This document shows positions 20,928 to 29,802 of a stretch of 64,000 nucleotides of DNA, one piece after another; position 1 is the first letter of the stretch; every line of letters starts with the position of its first letter. Below the pieces are notes generated by a model. The model was not told where the DNA came from and searched no databases. It worked only from the letters and a program-made list of their open reading frames with translations. The position numbers and the translations under genes were made by a program. Origin of the DNA: Bacillota bacterium (lineage in GTDB: Bacteria > Bacillota > Limnochordia > Limnochordales > ZCTH02-B6); assembly GCA_017578085.2 (NCBI GenBank), contig PKQR02000002.1, forward strand, positions 803 to 64,802, written 5' to 3'.

Positions 20928-21941
20928 TCATTCGCTGCGCTTGGGCGGCTCCCCGCCCTGCCGCGGCTCCGGCGGCTCCCCGCCGCGGCTGATGGCCTGC
21001 CGCATCTCGGTGTCGGCGATCAGGTTGCGCAGGACGTAGTAGTCCAGCACGCCCAGGCGGCCTTCCCGCAAAGCTTGAGCCAGGGCTTTGGGCACCTCGG
21101 CCTCGGCTTCCACAACCCGGGCCCGCATCTCTTCCACCATGGCCCGCATCTCCTGCTCCCGGGCGAGCGCCGCGAAGCGGCGCTCGGCGGCTTTGGCCTG
21201 GGCAATGTTCTTGTCCGCCTCCGCCTGGTCCATCTGCAGCTGCGCCCCGATGTTCCTACCTACGTCCACGTCGGCGATGTCGATGGACAGGATTTCGTAG
21301 GCCGTGCCGGCGTCCAGGCCTTTGGCCAGCACCGTCTTGGAGATGCGGTCCGGGTTCTCGAGCACCTCCTCGTGGCTCAAGGAGGAGCCGACGGTGGTCA
21401 CGATGCCCTCGCCGACGCGGGCGACGATGGTTTCCTCGCCGGCGCCGCCGACGAGCCGCTGGATGTTGGCCCGCACCGTGACGCGCGCCTTCACCTTCAG
21501 CTCGATACCGTTTTTGGCCACCGCCGAGATGACGGGCGTTTCGATCACGCGCGGGTTGACGCTGACCTGCACCGCCTCGAGCACATTCCGCCCGGCCAAG
21601 TCGATGGCGGCGGCCCGCTCAAAGGAGAGATCGATCTGGGCCCGGTGGGCGGCGATCAAGGCGTCCACGACCCGGTCCACATTGCCGCCGGCCAGGTAGT
21701 GGGCTTCCAGCTTGTCGATGGCCACGTCCAGCCCGGCCTTGACCGCCTTGATCAGGGGCAGGACGATCTTGGCCGGCGGCACCCGGCGCAGGCGCATGCC
21801 GATGAGCTGCAGGATTCCGACGTGCACTCCGGATGCCCAGGCGGAAATCCAGAGCCCCACCGGGATGAAGTTGAAGAAGAGGATCACAAGGATAACCGCT
21901 AGCACAAACGTCAACAAGCCCGTAAACGTCGCCAGTTCCAT
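20928..21941 (-). CDS. floA: Flotillin-like protein FloA
   Basis: 337-aa [59 protein letters not shown].., matching the FloA/YqfA family. RBS AAGGAGG. Confidence 0.9.
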   Translation of the reverse strand: MELATFTGLLTFVLAVILVILFFNFIPVGLWISAWASGVHVGILQLIGMRLRRVPPAKIVLPLIKAVKAGLDVAIDKLEAHYLAGGNVDRVVDALIAAHRAQIDLSFERAAAIDLAGRNVLEAVQVSVNPRVIETPVISAVAKNGIELKVKARVTVRANIQRLVGGAGEETIVARVGEGIVTTVGSSLSHEEVLENPDRISKTVLAKGLDAGTAYEILSIDIADVDVGRNIGAQLQMDQAEADKNIAQAKAAERRFAALAREQEMRAMVEEMRARVVEAEAEVPKALAQALREGRLGVLDYYVLRNLIADTEMRQAISRGGEPPEPRQGGEPPKRSE

Positions 21942-21981
21942 CCCTTTAGCCTCCTTGGCCCTCAGCGGTACCTGGGCGCTC

Positions 21982-23286
21982 TCATTGGTCCCGGCATTCC
22001 CTAACCGTCACCCGGCCGCCGAGCACCCGCACCACCTGCACCAAGGCGCCGGCCGGGATGAACTCGCCATCCGATGTGGCGTCAATGCGCACGCCTTCGA
22101 TCTCGACGGTCCCAACCGGCCGCAGGGGGGTCAGCGCCCGGCCGTAGGCGCCGACTTTGACCGCCGGGTTATTGGGATCATCCCCTGGAACGCCTACGTC
22201 CTCCAGCCTGGTTTCCAACGCGATCCGCCGCCAGATGCCCGTCTTGGGCACCCGGCGCAGCAGCGCGATGCCGAGCACGACGGTCGCGAGGGTCGAGAGC
22301 CCAATGGCGGTGAACGCCGACGACGCATCGGGAAACGACAGGTATAAGCTCGCGAAGATGGCCACCAGGCCCCCAATCCCCGCTATGCCGAAACCTGGGA
22401 TGACCAGGACTTCCAAGAGGAGCAGGACGAGACCCAGGATAAAGAGCAGCACCACCTCCAGGCCCGCGAGACCCGTGATCAGGCGCGCCCCGAAAAACAG
22501 CGCCAGGCAAATCAGGCCCGCAGTGCCCGGGCCACCCCACCCTGGGCTCGTGACCTCCGCCAGTAAACCCAGCATCCCCAGGGTCAAGAGCAGGGAACTG
22601 ATGGTCGGGTCCGTGAGAAACCGCGCCACCCGCTCGGCCCAGTTGGGCGCGAGCTCCTCGACGACCGCACCGGGGAAGCCGAACGCCGCCAGCACTTCCT
22701 CGCGGCTCGCGGCCAACAGGTCGACAAATCCGATTTCGACCGCCTTGGCCGCCGTAAGGGTCAGGATTTCCCCTTCCCCCGTCAGGCCCTCAATGACGAT
22801 TCGTTTGTCCACCATCGCGGCCGCTACCCGCGGGTCGCGCCCGTGGCGCTCCGCGGTAGCTTCAAACTCGGCCCGCAAGGCCGAGATGGTCTTTTCCTCC
22901 GCCGGCTGCGGTTCGGCGGCCCCGATGCTGGCTCCGGGCGCCATGGCGATCTTTTCCGCCGCCAAGGTGATGAGCGCCCCGGCCGACCACGCCCGCTCGC
23001 GCACAAAGGCCATTACCGGCCGGCCGGCCCTGAGCAGCGCGTCGCGGATGCTGGTGGCCGAGTCCACACGGCCGCCGAAGGTGTTGATCTCGATAAGGAT
23101 CGCGTCGGCGCCGTCGCGCCGCGCCTGCTCCACGGATCGCTCCACGAAGGCGGCGAGCCCCTCGTCGATGGTGCCGACAATGGGGATGACGATGACCCGC
23201 GGCGTTACCCGGGACAGCGCCCCCAAGGCGCCGCCGAAAACCGCGAGCAGCACGAGGATCAGCCCCAGCCAACGGTACCTGCCCAC
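21982..23286 (-). CDS. NfeD-family membrane-bound ClpP-class serine protease (YqeZ-like)
   Basis: Contains ..[47 protein letters not shown].. plus a multi-TM block and a C-terminal OB/NfeD domain. The ORF 21982..23616 was trimmed because its 5' part runs through rpsU. GTG 23286 is preceded by GGGGGAG. Confidence 0.8.
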   Translation of the reverse strand: MGRYRWLGLILVLLAVFGGALGALSRVTPRVIVIPIVGTIDEGLAAFVERSVEQARRDGADAILIEINTFGGRVDSATSIRDALLRAGRPVMAFVRERAWSAGALITLAAEKIAMAPGASIGAAEPQPAEEKTISALRAEFEATAERHGRDPRVAAAMVDKRIVIEGLTGEGEILTLTAAKAVEIGFVDLLAASREEVLAAFGFPGAVVEELAPNWAERVARFLTDPTISSLLLTLGMLGLLAEVTSPGWGGPGTAGLICLALFFGARLITGLAGLEVVLLFILGLVLLLLEVLVIPGFGIAGIGGLVAIFASLYLSFPDASSAFTAIGLSTLATVVLGIALLRRVPKTGIWRRIALETRLEDVGVPGDDPNNPAVKVGAYGRALTPLRPVGTVEIEGVRIDATSDGEFIPAGALVQVVRVLGGRVTVRECRDQ

Positions 23287-23366
23287 AACGACTCCCCCGT
23301 TTGCGGTCCCGACAAAAAGGGAGGCCCAATCCGGCCTCCCTCCGCCTTCCGTACCCGGCTCTTGGC

Positions 23367-23540
23367 TCACTTCCGGCGCTTGCGCGCCGCGGCCGCTTTT
23401 TTCTTCCGCCTGACGCTGGGCTTGTCGTAGTGTTCCCGCTTGCGCAGCTCCGACTGGATGCCTTCCTGGCGGGTCATCTTCTTGAACCGGCGCAGGGCTT
23501 TGTCCAGGCTCTCGTTCGGGCCGACCCGTACTTCGGCCAT
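23367..23540 (-). CDS. rpsU: 30S ribosomal protein S21
   Basis: Not in the ORF track (57 aa). Hand translation gives [57 protein letters not shown]. Confidence 0.9.
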   Translation of the reverse strand: MAEVRVGPNESLDKALRRFKKMTRQEGIQSELRKREHYDKPSVRRKKKAAAARKRRK

Positions 23541-23587
23541 GACTCCGGGCTACCCCCTCTCTGGCGCAAGATGTGCACCGCGGGCTC

Positions 23588-23932
23588 TCACGCAAACCGC
23601 CCAAGGGGTTTGCCACCTACGAGGTGGAAATGCAGGTGAAAGACGACCTGCCCACCGTCACGGCCGCAGTTGGTCACGACGCGATAGCCTGTCTCCCTAA
23701 TGCCCAGCTGCTCGGCCAGCTGCTGCGCCACCCGCAGCATGTGCCCGGCCAGCTCCGTATCGCCGGGTGTGAGATCGGCCAGGGATGCGATGTGCTTCCT
23801 CGGGATGATCAGCACGTGAACCGGGGCTTGGGGGTTGATGTCGCGAAATGCGATCACGCGGTCGTCTTCATAAACTCGGTCGCTGGGCAGTTCTCCCCGC
23901 TCGATCCGGCAGAAGACGCAGGATTCCGTCAC
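23588..23932 (-). CDS. HIT-family (histidine triad) nucleotide hydrolase
   Basis: The C-terminal 114 codons of ORF 23588..24415 read VTESCVFCRIERGELPSDRVYEDDRVIAFRDINPQAPVHVLIIPRKH...VFHLHFHLVGG (HxHxHxx motif). GTG 23932 follows GGGGGTGGAG. Confidence 0.85.
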   Translation of the reverse strand: MTESCVFCRIERGELPSDRVYEDDRVIAFRDINPQAPVHVLIIPRKHIASLADLTPGDTELAGHMLRVAQQLAEQLGIRETGYRVVTNCGRDGGQVVFHLHFHLVGGKPLGRFA

Positions 23933-24000
23933 CCGCGCTCCACCCCCTTCCCGCAGTTCTTTGCCGTAATGCTTCGACGAATCCGGCTCCCTTCCTGCTC

Positions 24001-25155
24001 TCAGTCGCGCCGGGTTTCCGCGGGCACAAGCCCCAGCCGCCGCGCCATGATCTCCTTTTGAATCTCCGACGTGCCGCCGCCGATTGTGTACACCCGGGCG
24101 TCCCGGTAGTACCGCTCGACGGGGTAATCGGTCATGTAGCCGTACCCGCCGTGGATTTGCACCGCCTGGGCCGTCACCCGGTTGACCATCTCGGACGCCA
24201 CCCACTTGGCCATGGAAGCCGCCAGCACCGCATCCCCATCGGTCCAGGCCGCGCACGCCTGGTAAAGCAAGAGGCGCGCCTGCTCCACCTGTGCGTACAT
24301 CTCCACCAGCTGGTGCCGGATCGCCTGGAAACCCGCGATGGGCCGGCCAAACTGCCGCCGGGCCAGGGCGTAGTCGCGGGCCGCCTCGTAGGCCGCCTCG
24401 CCGATCCCGACGCATTGGGCGGCGAGGAACACCCGCTCCAGGTTGAAATCCTCCATTACGTAATAAAAGCCGCGGTTCTCTTCCCCCAGGAGCTGCTCCT
24501 CGGCCACGCGGCAGCCCTCAAAAAGAAGCTCCCCGGTTTCCGACGTATGCCAGCCCATCTTGTCCAGCTTCCGAGCGACGGAGAAACCGGGCGTGCCCTT
24601 GTCGACGAGGAAGAGAGAAATGCCGCGGTGCCCACCGGCCGGCAGCGTCCGGGCAGCCAGCACCACGAAATCTGCCACGGGGCCGTTGGTGATGAACGTC
24701 TTGCGGCCGTCGATCACGTATGACCGGCCGTCGCGCACCGCCCGGGTTTGGATGGAGGCGAAATCGGACCCGGCATCGGGCTCGGTCATGCCGATGGCGC
24801 CGATGATCTCGCCGCGCAGGCCGGGCGGCAGGTAGCGCCGTTTCTGTTCTTCGGTACCGTGGCGCAAGATGGGGTAAAGGGCGAGCACCTGCACGAGAAG
24901 CGTCACGCCGATGCCGGCGTCTACTTTGGAAATCTCCTGCACGGCGAGCGCCTGGGACAAGAGGTCCCCGCCCGCCCCGCCGTACTCGGGCGGGAACATG
25001 ATCCCAATCAGGCCCTGCTGTCCCATGCGGCGCACAATGTCAGGCGGCAGGGCCCGTCGCCGCTGGTACTCATTGACGATGGGGGCGATTTCGTTCCTGG
25101 CAAACTCCCGCGCCATCTCCCGGATCGCCCGCTGGTCGGCCGTCAACCTCATCAT
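24001..25155 (-). CDS. Acyl-CoA dehydrogenase
   Basis: 384-aa ORF with typical ACAD blocks (..[13 protein letters not shown].., ..TFITNGP.., ..[33 protein letters not shown]). Confidence 0.9.
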   Translation of the reverse strand: MMRLTADQRAIREMAREFARNEIAPIVNEYQRRRALPPDIVRRMGQQGLIGIMFPPEYGGAGGDLLSQALAVQEISKVDAGIGVTLLVQVLALYPILRHGTEEQKRRYLPPGLRGEIIGAIGMTEPDAGSDFASIQTRAVRDGRSYVIDGRKTFITNGPVADFVVLAARTLPAGGHRGISLFLVDKGTPGFSVARKLDKMGWHTSETGELLFEGCRVAEEQLLGEENRGFYYVMEDFNLERVFLAAQCVGIGEAAYEAARDYALARRQFGRPIAGFQAIRHQLVEMYAQVEQARLLLYQACAAWTDGDAVLAASMAKWVASEMVNRVTAQAVQIHGGYGYMTDYPVERYYRDARVYTIGGGTSEIQKEIMARRLGLVPAETRRD

Positions 25156-25748
25156 GCCCGCTCCTCCCTTCCTCGGGCCTCCAGTCCCCGCAGCAGGATA
25201 TTCGCAAACGCTTCCGCCAGTTCGTCGGGCCGCTTTTCCCCCGTGTCCCGGTACCAGTGGTAAGGCCAGTTCATGACGGCAAGGACCACAAAGCCCGCGA
25301 GTTTCGGCGACTCCAGCGCGAACACCCCCGCCTCCGCCCCTTCCGCCAGAAGGCGGCGGATGCCGCCCTCGTACTGGTCCCGGAGGGCCACGATGTCCCG
25401 CTGGCGCTCGGGGGATAAGGACTTGAGCTCATGAAGCAGCACGGCCACCGCATCCGTTCGCGCCGACAGGACCTGAAGATGGGTGACCATTGCCCTGCGC
25501 AGCTTGTCCCTGGGATCCAGTGGCGCCGCCAGCACCGGCGCGAGGGCGTCGATGAAGGCGCACATGGCGTCCCGCATCACGCGATAGAGCAAATCTTCTT
25601 TGGTGCGGATGTAGTAGTAGAAGCTCCCCCGGTTCATGCCGACGGCCTCGGCCAGATCCTGCATGGACGTGGCGTGGTAACCCTTTTCCCGGAACAGCCG
25701 CGCGGCGACGGCCAAGATTTCCCCTTCCCGCACGGCCGCATTGCCCAT
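25152..25748 (-). CDS. TetR/AcrR-family transcriptional regulator (FadR-like context, 4-nt overlap with the acyl-CoA dehydrogenase gene)
   Basis: N-terminal [49 protein letters not shown] chose ATG 25748 as the start; the ORF track extends it to 25796. Confidence 0.8.
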   Translation of the reverse strand: MGNAAVREGEILAVAARLFREKGYHATSMQDLAEAVGMNRGSFYYYIRTKEDLLYRVMRDAMCAFIDALAPVLAAPLDPRDKLRRAMVTHLQVLSARTDAVAVLLHELKSLSPERQRDIVALRDQYEGGIRRLLAEGAEAGVFALESPKLAGFVVLAVMNWPYHWYRDTGEKRPDELAEAFANILLRGLEARGREERA

Positions 25749-25793
25749 GCCGCGCACCGCCTCCCTTCCGCTACAGGTTCTAGCCAATTCATT

Positions 25794-25803
25794 CAAACGT
25801 TTG
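25794..25803. promoter_or_regulatory. Perfect 10-bp palindrome CAAACGTTTG in the AT-rich region upstream of tetR (candidate operator)
   Basis: Seen directly at 25794..25803, 46 nt upstream of the tetR ATG. It lies inside the only AT-rich patch of this intergenic region, and TGAATGA is adjacent on the minus strand. Confidence 0.3.
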
Positions 25804-25886
25804 TTGTAATTTCCTGCATTGGATGAGAAGCCGGAAACGGGAATGTGACTGGACAGGGGCGACGGCGGCTGCGGATGGCCTTATGG

Positions 25887-26594
25887 CTAGGACTCAATGG
25901 TTTCAATCAAGACGGGCCGGAAATCGATGGCGTCACAGGCCACCAGGTGATAGCGGATGCCGCCCACCAGGCCCACCAGCGCCTGGCGGCGCGCCGGGCC
26001 GTGCAGGTGCCCGTAGACGCAATGGACGACGGGGTAGGCCTCCAAGAGGCGGGTGAAGCCAGACGGCTCGTGGCGTTCGTTGGTGGGCGGGTAGTGGAGC
26101 ATCACGATGAGGCGCTGGGCGCCGGCTTGCATGGCGCTTTTCAGGGAAAGTTCGAGGCGCTGGAGCTCCCGGAGATAGATCTTCGTGTCCTCTTCGGGCC
26201 GAAAGGCGTGGCTGCCCGGGACGGTCCAGCCGCGAGTGCCGCACACGGCCCACCCGGCGCCAAGGAGCAGGTGGTCATTTTGCAGTGCGGTCACGTTGGG
26301 CGGCAGCGCCCGCCGGACTTTGCTGATGCTGCTCCACCAGTAGTCATGATTGCCGCGGATGAGTACGATGCGGCCCGGCAAGTCGGCCAGGTAGGCGAAA
26401 TCGGCGCTGGCCTGCTCGAGGGTCATCGCCCAGGAAAGATCCCCCGGTATCAGCACCACATCTTCCGCCCCGACCACTTCCTGCCAGGCGCGGCGGATCT
26501 TTTGCGGGTGATCGGTCCATCCGGCGCCGAAGACGTCCATGGGCTTGTCCTGCCCACCGGGAAGGTGCAGATCGCCGATGGCAAATATCCTCAC
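25887..26594 (-). CDS. Metallophosphoesterase (calcineurin-like phosphoesterase family)
   Basis: VRIFAIGDLHLPGG..(GDxH), ..LIPGDLSW..(GD), ..IRGNHDYWW (GNH[DE]), ..MLHYPP.., ..VYGHLHG. GTG 26594 is preceded by GGAGGGG 5 nt upstream. Confidence 0.7.
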   Translation of the reverse strand: MRIFAIGDLHLPGGQDKPMDVFGAGWTDHPQKIRRAWQEVVGAEDVVLIPGDLSWAMTLEQASADFAYLADLPGRIVLIRGNHDYWWSSISKVRRALPPNVTALQNDHLLLGAGWAVCGTRGWTVPGSHAFRPEEDTKIYLRELQRLELSLKSAMQAGAQRLIVMLHYPPTNERHEPSGFTRLLEAYPVVHCVYGHLHGPARRQALVGLVGGIRYHLVACDAIDFRPVLIETIES

Positions 26595-26690
26595 GAAAGC
26601 CCCTCCGGTCACACGAACCTGCCCGGGACCCGGCCGGATGGCTTGCCTCAGGAATGAGCCCTGGCCGGTGCTGCGCACCGGCGGTGAACG

Positions 26691-26912
26691 TCAAGAGGAG
26701 GCTGCGCCGTCCTTCGGAACGTTTTGGCGCTCGGCGGTCGAGGAGGCGGAGGCCGGTTTGGAGTCGTCCTCGTCCAACGAGCTGGTGGCCTTCTTAAACT
26801 CGCGAATGCCTTTGCCAATGGCTTTGCCCACCTCGGGCAGCTTGCCTGGTCCAAAGATGATCAACGCCAGGACCAGGATGATCACCAGCTCCGTCGCGCC
26901 GATCCCGAACAT
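26691..26912 (-). CDS. tatA: Twin-arginine translocase subunit TatA/TatE
   Basis: [42 protein letters not shown].. (73 aa). The ORF 26691..27017 was trimmed to ATG 26912. Confidence 0.85.
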   Translation of the reverse strand: MFGIGATELVIILVLALIIFGPGKLPEVGKAIGKGIREFKKATSSLDEDDSKPASASSTAERQNVPKDGAASS

Positions 26913-27081
26913 GCCAACGCGCCCCCTTTGCCAGGTTGGGTGTGCAGCCCAGGTCTTCCTAAGTATATCGCACTGCCTGACAAAGGTAAAGCGGCACGCC
27001 CCGGAGCCCTTGCCCACGGGGCGCGCCGCCGCCAGCCAGCGTGTTCGTCAGTTTCCTTGCCGCTCGTCCGTGGGTGCAGCG

Positions 27082-27375
27082 CTAGCAGAAGTGGTGATGC
27101 TTCACCGCGATGCGGCGCACGAACACCGGGCGCACCGCGATTCTCCGCACGAACACCGGCGTCACCGCGATGGCGCGCACGAACACCGGGCGCACCGCGA
27201 TTCTCCGCACGAATACCGGCTTCACCGCGATGGCGCGTACGAACACCGGGCGCACCGCGATTCTCCGCACGAACACCGGCTTCACCGCGATGGTACGCAG
27301 GAAGACGGGCCGCACGAAGCTCGGGCAGACGGAGATGGTCCGGACCGCCACCGTACTCAAGCCATTGCAGGACAT
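27082..27375 (-). CDS. Hypothetical 97-aa tandem-repeat protein, entirely basic, built from V-x-x-[VI]-[FA] pentads
   Basis: ATG 27375 lies 6 nt after a strong RBS, GAAGGAGGTG. The product is MSCNGLSTVA VRTISVCPSF VRPVFLRTIA VKPVFVRRIA VRPVFVRAIA VKPVFVRRIA VRPVFVRAIA VTPVFVRRIA VRPVFVRRIA VKHHHFC. It has 16 Arg, 3 Lys, 3 His, 3 Cys and no Asp or Glu. By hand count about 90% of third positions are G/C, with GC1>GC2 as in the real genes here. All three frames on both strands are open because of the repeat, so the strand/frame call rests on the RBS and codon-position pattern only. Confidence 0.55.
   Translation of the reverse strand: MSCNGLSTVAVRTISVCPSFVRPVFLRTIAVKPVFVRRIAVRPVFVRAIAVKPVFVRRIAVRPVFVRAIAVTPVFVRRIAVRPVFVRRIAVKHHHFC
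27091..27300 (-). repeat. Tandem direct repeat, about 3.5 copies of a 60-bp unit, each unit made of two diverged 30-bp halves
   Basis: Units 27121-27180, 27181-27240 and 27241-27300 align column for column (gaacaccgggcgcaccgcgattctccgcacgaaCaccggcKtcaccgcgatggcgcgYac). Units 1 and 2 differ at 3 of 60 positions. 27091-27120 is a half unit. There are no unique spacers between copies, so this is not CRISPR. Confidence 0.95.
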
Positions 27376-27714
27376 GGTCGGCACCTCCTTCGTTTTGGCT
27401 TCGGTGTTACGGTATGTGGGCCCGTCCGCCTCCGCTCTAGGAATCGATTCGCATTTGCAACCGGATCGGCCCGGAGCCCGCTGCCACGCCGTCCGGTCGC
27501 GGCGGCCGCAGCGTCAACCCTCCGCCGGCGGCGCCCGGTTTGTACCACTTTACGCCAGCGGGTCCAGCGGACCAGGCGGGATGGAGACCGTTACCGTCTG
27601 CGCTAAACCTGCCATTCATTCCCATTGTACCTCCGGCAGGGTTTGGCCGCTTGCGTCCAGGATTCCTTGACCACCGGAGAGACCGATTGACTGTCGAGGA
27701 GGAATCCACCGCTC

Positions 27715-29781
27715 GTGAAATCACTTCCCAGTGCTACGACTCGCCGGCACCGGTGGTTTCATTCCATCGCCTGGCTGCTCTTGGCCACCCTGGTGACCGG
27801 CTGCTTCGGTTCGCCCTTGGGAGGCGACCCCGGCAGAGGTACCGACACCTTTGCCCTGCAGGGCATCGTCGTGACGCCCGATGGGACGCCGGTCCCCGGC
27901 GCTGTTGTGCGGGTCGGCGACCGGGAAACGACCTCCAACGAAGATGGCACCTTCGCTTTCAAGGACCTGCCCGTCCAGGGAGATAGGATGGAGATCGTCG
28001 TCTCGGCTCCCGGGTATGAACCCGCGACCGAGGTCATCTACCCGTCCGGGAGCAATCTCTCGGTCACCATTGTCCTGACGCCCATCGGCGATACAGGCGG
28101 GGATGGGAGCGACGGCGGCCAGGGCGGCGACGGCGGCACTGGCCCAGGTGGCGGCGACGGCGGGGGCAGCGGGCCCGAACCCGAGCCTGAACCCGAACCG
28201 GAACCGGTCTACCGGGGGACCGTCGAGGCCAGCGTACGCCTGGTCAACGCCGGGAACGCCCAAGTCGCCGCCGCAGCGGCCGTGCCCCGGGAGCTTTTGT
28301 CCAGCTCCGCGGGCCGGTCAGTGACCCGCACGACGGCCGACGTCGTTCCCGGGGAGTGGATTGTGCAGCTCGACAGCGACTACCCGGTCCAGGCCATCAA
28401 TACCATGTGGGCCGACGCGGGTGTGCGCGTCATCGAGCGGCTGGCCGACAACTTCTACCTCGTGGCCGCAGAGGAGGCTAACGCGTCCCTAGAGACGGAA
28501 CTGCGCCTCGCCCAGTTGCCCAACGTGGTTTCCGTGGAGCCCAACAAGCGGGTCCGGCCGGTCGCGGTTCCGTACGCGCCGAATGACACGTACTTCGACC
28601 GCCAGTGGAGCTTGCCGCTGGTGAGCATCCCCTACGCGTGGAACGTCACCACCGGCAGCCGCGATGTCGTGGTGGCCGTGCTGGACACGGGGATCTTGCC
28701 CAACCACCCCGACCTGCAAGGCGTGAGGATCGTCAGCGGGCGCAATTTTGCCAGCGACCAATCGGCCACCAACTACACCGACGACGCCACTTCCTTGAGC
28801 CACGGCACCATGGTGGCCGGCATCATCGGCGCCATGACCAACAACGGGCAAGGAATCGCGGGCATCAACTGGTCCGTGTCCATCATGCCCGTACGGGTCA
28901 TGAGCTCCCGGTACGGCGGGACCGTGGCCGCCGTCGGGCAAGGGATCCGTTGGGCGGTCGACAACGGCGCCCACGTCATCAACATGAGCCTGGCCTGGGA
29001 CGCGACGTACAACGACACCTTCGTCAACCAGCAGATCGAGTACGCGGTCAGCAAAGGCGTCGTGCTCGTGGCGGGCGCCGGCAACGACAGCGGGCGGGTG
29101 ACCATGCCTGCCGCCCACCCGGACGTCATCGCCGTCGGGGCGGTGGACCGCAGCAAGCGGCTGACGTGGTATTCCAACTACGGGCCGCAGGTGGACGTGG
29201 TCGCACCGGGCGGCGACACCCGCTACAGCCAAGCCAACGGCATCCTGAGCACAGACATCGTCAGCGGGCGCTACACCTACTCCTATCAGCAGGGTACTTC
29301 CTTCGCCGCTCCCCACGTGACAGGCATCGTGGCCCTGATGTATAGTGCAGGTATCACCGACCCCAACGAGATCCGGGAGCTCCTGCGCTATACCGCCGAG
29401 GACCTGGGCGCGCCCGGTTTCGACAACTACTACGGCTACGGCCTCGTGAACGCCTACGCGGCCGTGACCGGATCCGACCCGGTGAAAGCCCGGGTCGGTG
29501 TAGCCAGTGCGGACGGCACCCGGGTCTGGGGCCCCGTGAACCCGGTGCGGATCGGCCAGCGGGCCGTGGCCCGGGTCGAGGGCGTCGCACCCGGTCGGCA
29601 GACGGTGTTCGCCTGGATCGACTCCGTTCCCGACGGCGTTTTGGGCCAAGGGGACTTCGCCGGCATGGCCGAGGTGCAGGTGCCGGAGGACGGCACCGTC
29701 TCCGCCGATCTGGTCCTGGCTATCTGGGAGACGCTCCCCGCTCAGGACCGGGCACGGCTCGCCGCCTGGGCCAACCGCTGA
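27715..29781 (+). CDS. Subtilisin-like serine protease (peptidase S8), predicted lipoprotein with an N-terminal CarboxypepD_reg-like domain and I9-type propeptide
   Basis: 688-aa ORF with signal plus lipobox ..WLLLATLVTGC. A beta-sandwich region reads LQGIVVTPDGTPVPGAVVRVGDRETTSNEDGTFAFKDLP, followed by a G-rich/PEPEPEPEP linker. The catalytic triad motifs are VVVAVLDTGI (Asp), HGTMVAGIIGA (His) and GTSFAAPHVTGIVALM (Ser). Confidence 0.9.
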   Translation: MKSLPSATTRRHRWFHSIAWLLLATLVTGCFGSPLGGDPGRGTDTFALQGIVVTPDGTPVPGAVVRVGDRETTSNEDGTFAFKDLPVQGDRMEIVVSAPGYEPATEVIYPSGSNLSVTIVLTPIGDTGGDGSDGGQGGDGGTGPGGGDGGGSGPEPEPEPEPEPVYRGTVEASVRLVNAGNAQVAAAAAVPRELLSSSAGRSVTRTTADVVPGEWIVQLDSDYPVQAINTMWADAGVRVIERLADNFYLVAAEEANASLETELRLAQLPNVVSVEPNKRVRPVAVPYAPNDTYFDRQWSLPLVSIPYAWNVTTGSRDVVVAVLDTGILPNHPDLQGVRIVSGRNFASDQSATNYTDDATSLSHGTMVAGIIGAMTNNGQGIAGINWSVSIMPVRVMSSRYGGTVAAVGQGIRWAVDNGAHVINMSLAWDATYNDTFVNQQIEYAVSKGVVLVAGAGNDSGRVTMPAAHPDVIAVGAVDRSKRLTWYSNYGPQVDVVAPGGDTRYSQANGILSTDIVSGRYTYSYQQGTSFAAPHVTGIVALMYSAGITDPNEIRELLRYTAEDLGAPGFDNYYGYGLVNAYAAVTGSDPVKARVGVASADGTRVWGPVNPVRIGQRAVARVEGVAPGRQTVFAWIDSVPDGVLGQGDFAGMAEVQVPEDGTVSADLVLAIWETLPAQDRARLAAWANR

Positions 29782-29802
29782 CGAGCAGAGGGGTGTGACC
29801 GC

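Noticed and set aside
21982-23616. Long N-terminal extensions in the ORF track (e.g. NfeD to 23616, HIT to 24415, rsmE to 31844, yqfC to 20464, phoH to 18840, holA to 48879, spoIIP to 44849)
   Set aside because: The extensions overlap upstream genes (rpsU, acyl-CoA dehydrogenase, prmA, yqfD, comEC and others), are R/G/P/A-rich, and precede good internal RBS-start pairs. Genes were trimmed accordingly.
27091-27300. Possibility that the direct repeats are a CRISPR array or a REP/intergenic repeat
   Set aside because: The repeats are contiguous with no unique spacers. The unit length is 30/60 bp in perfect register with an ORF. There are no cas genes in the window.
27408-27416. CATACCGTA upstream of the repeat-protein gene, matching the sigma-K/sigma-E type -10 pattern CATAnnnTA
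   Set aside because: There is no appropriately spaced -35 element (AC for sigma-K, ATATT-like for sigma-E). A 9-mer match alone is not enough. It is kept only as a hint that spore-stage expression is worth testing.
26539-27670. Plus-strand ORFs (26539-27606, 26724-27440, 27110-27670) reading through the 60-bp repeat, giving e.g. RTNTGRTAILRTNTG.. repeats
   Set aside because: They have no convincing RBS. They run across the tatA promoter region and across the RBS of the minus-strand repeat gene. Codon-position GC (GC2>GC1) is atypical for genes in this window. I cannot fully exclude them, so the strand call for the repeat protein is given only moderate confidence.
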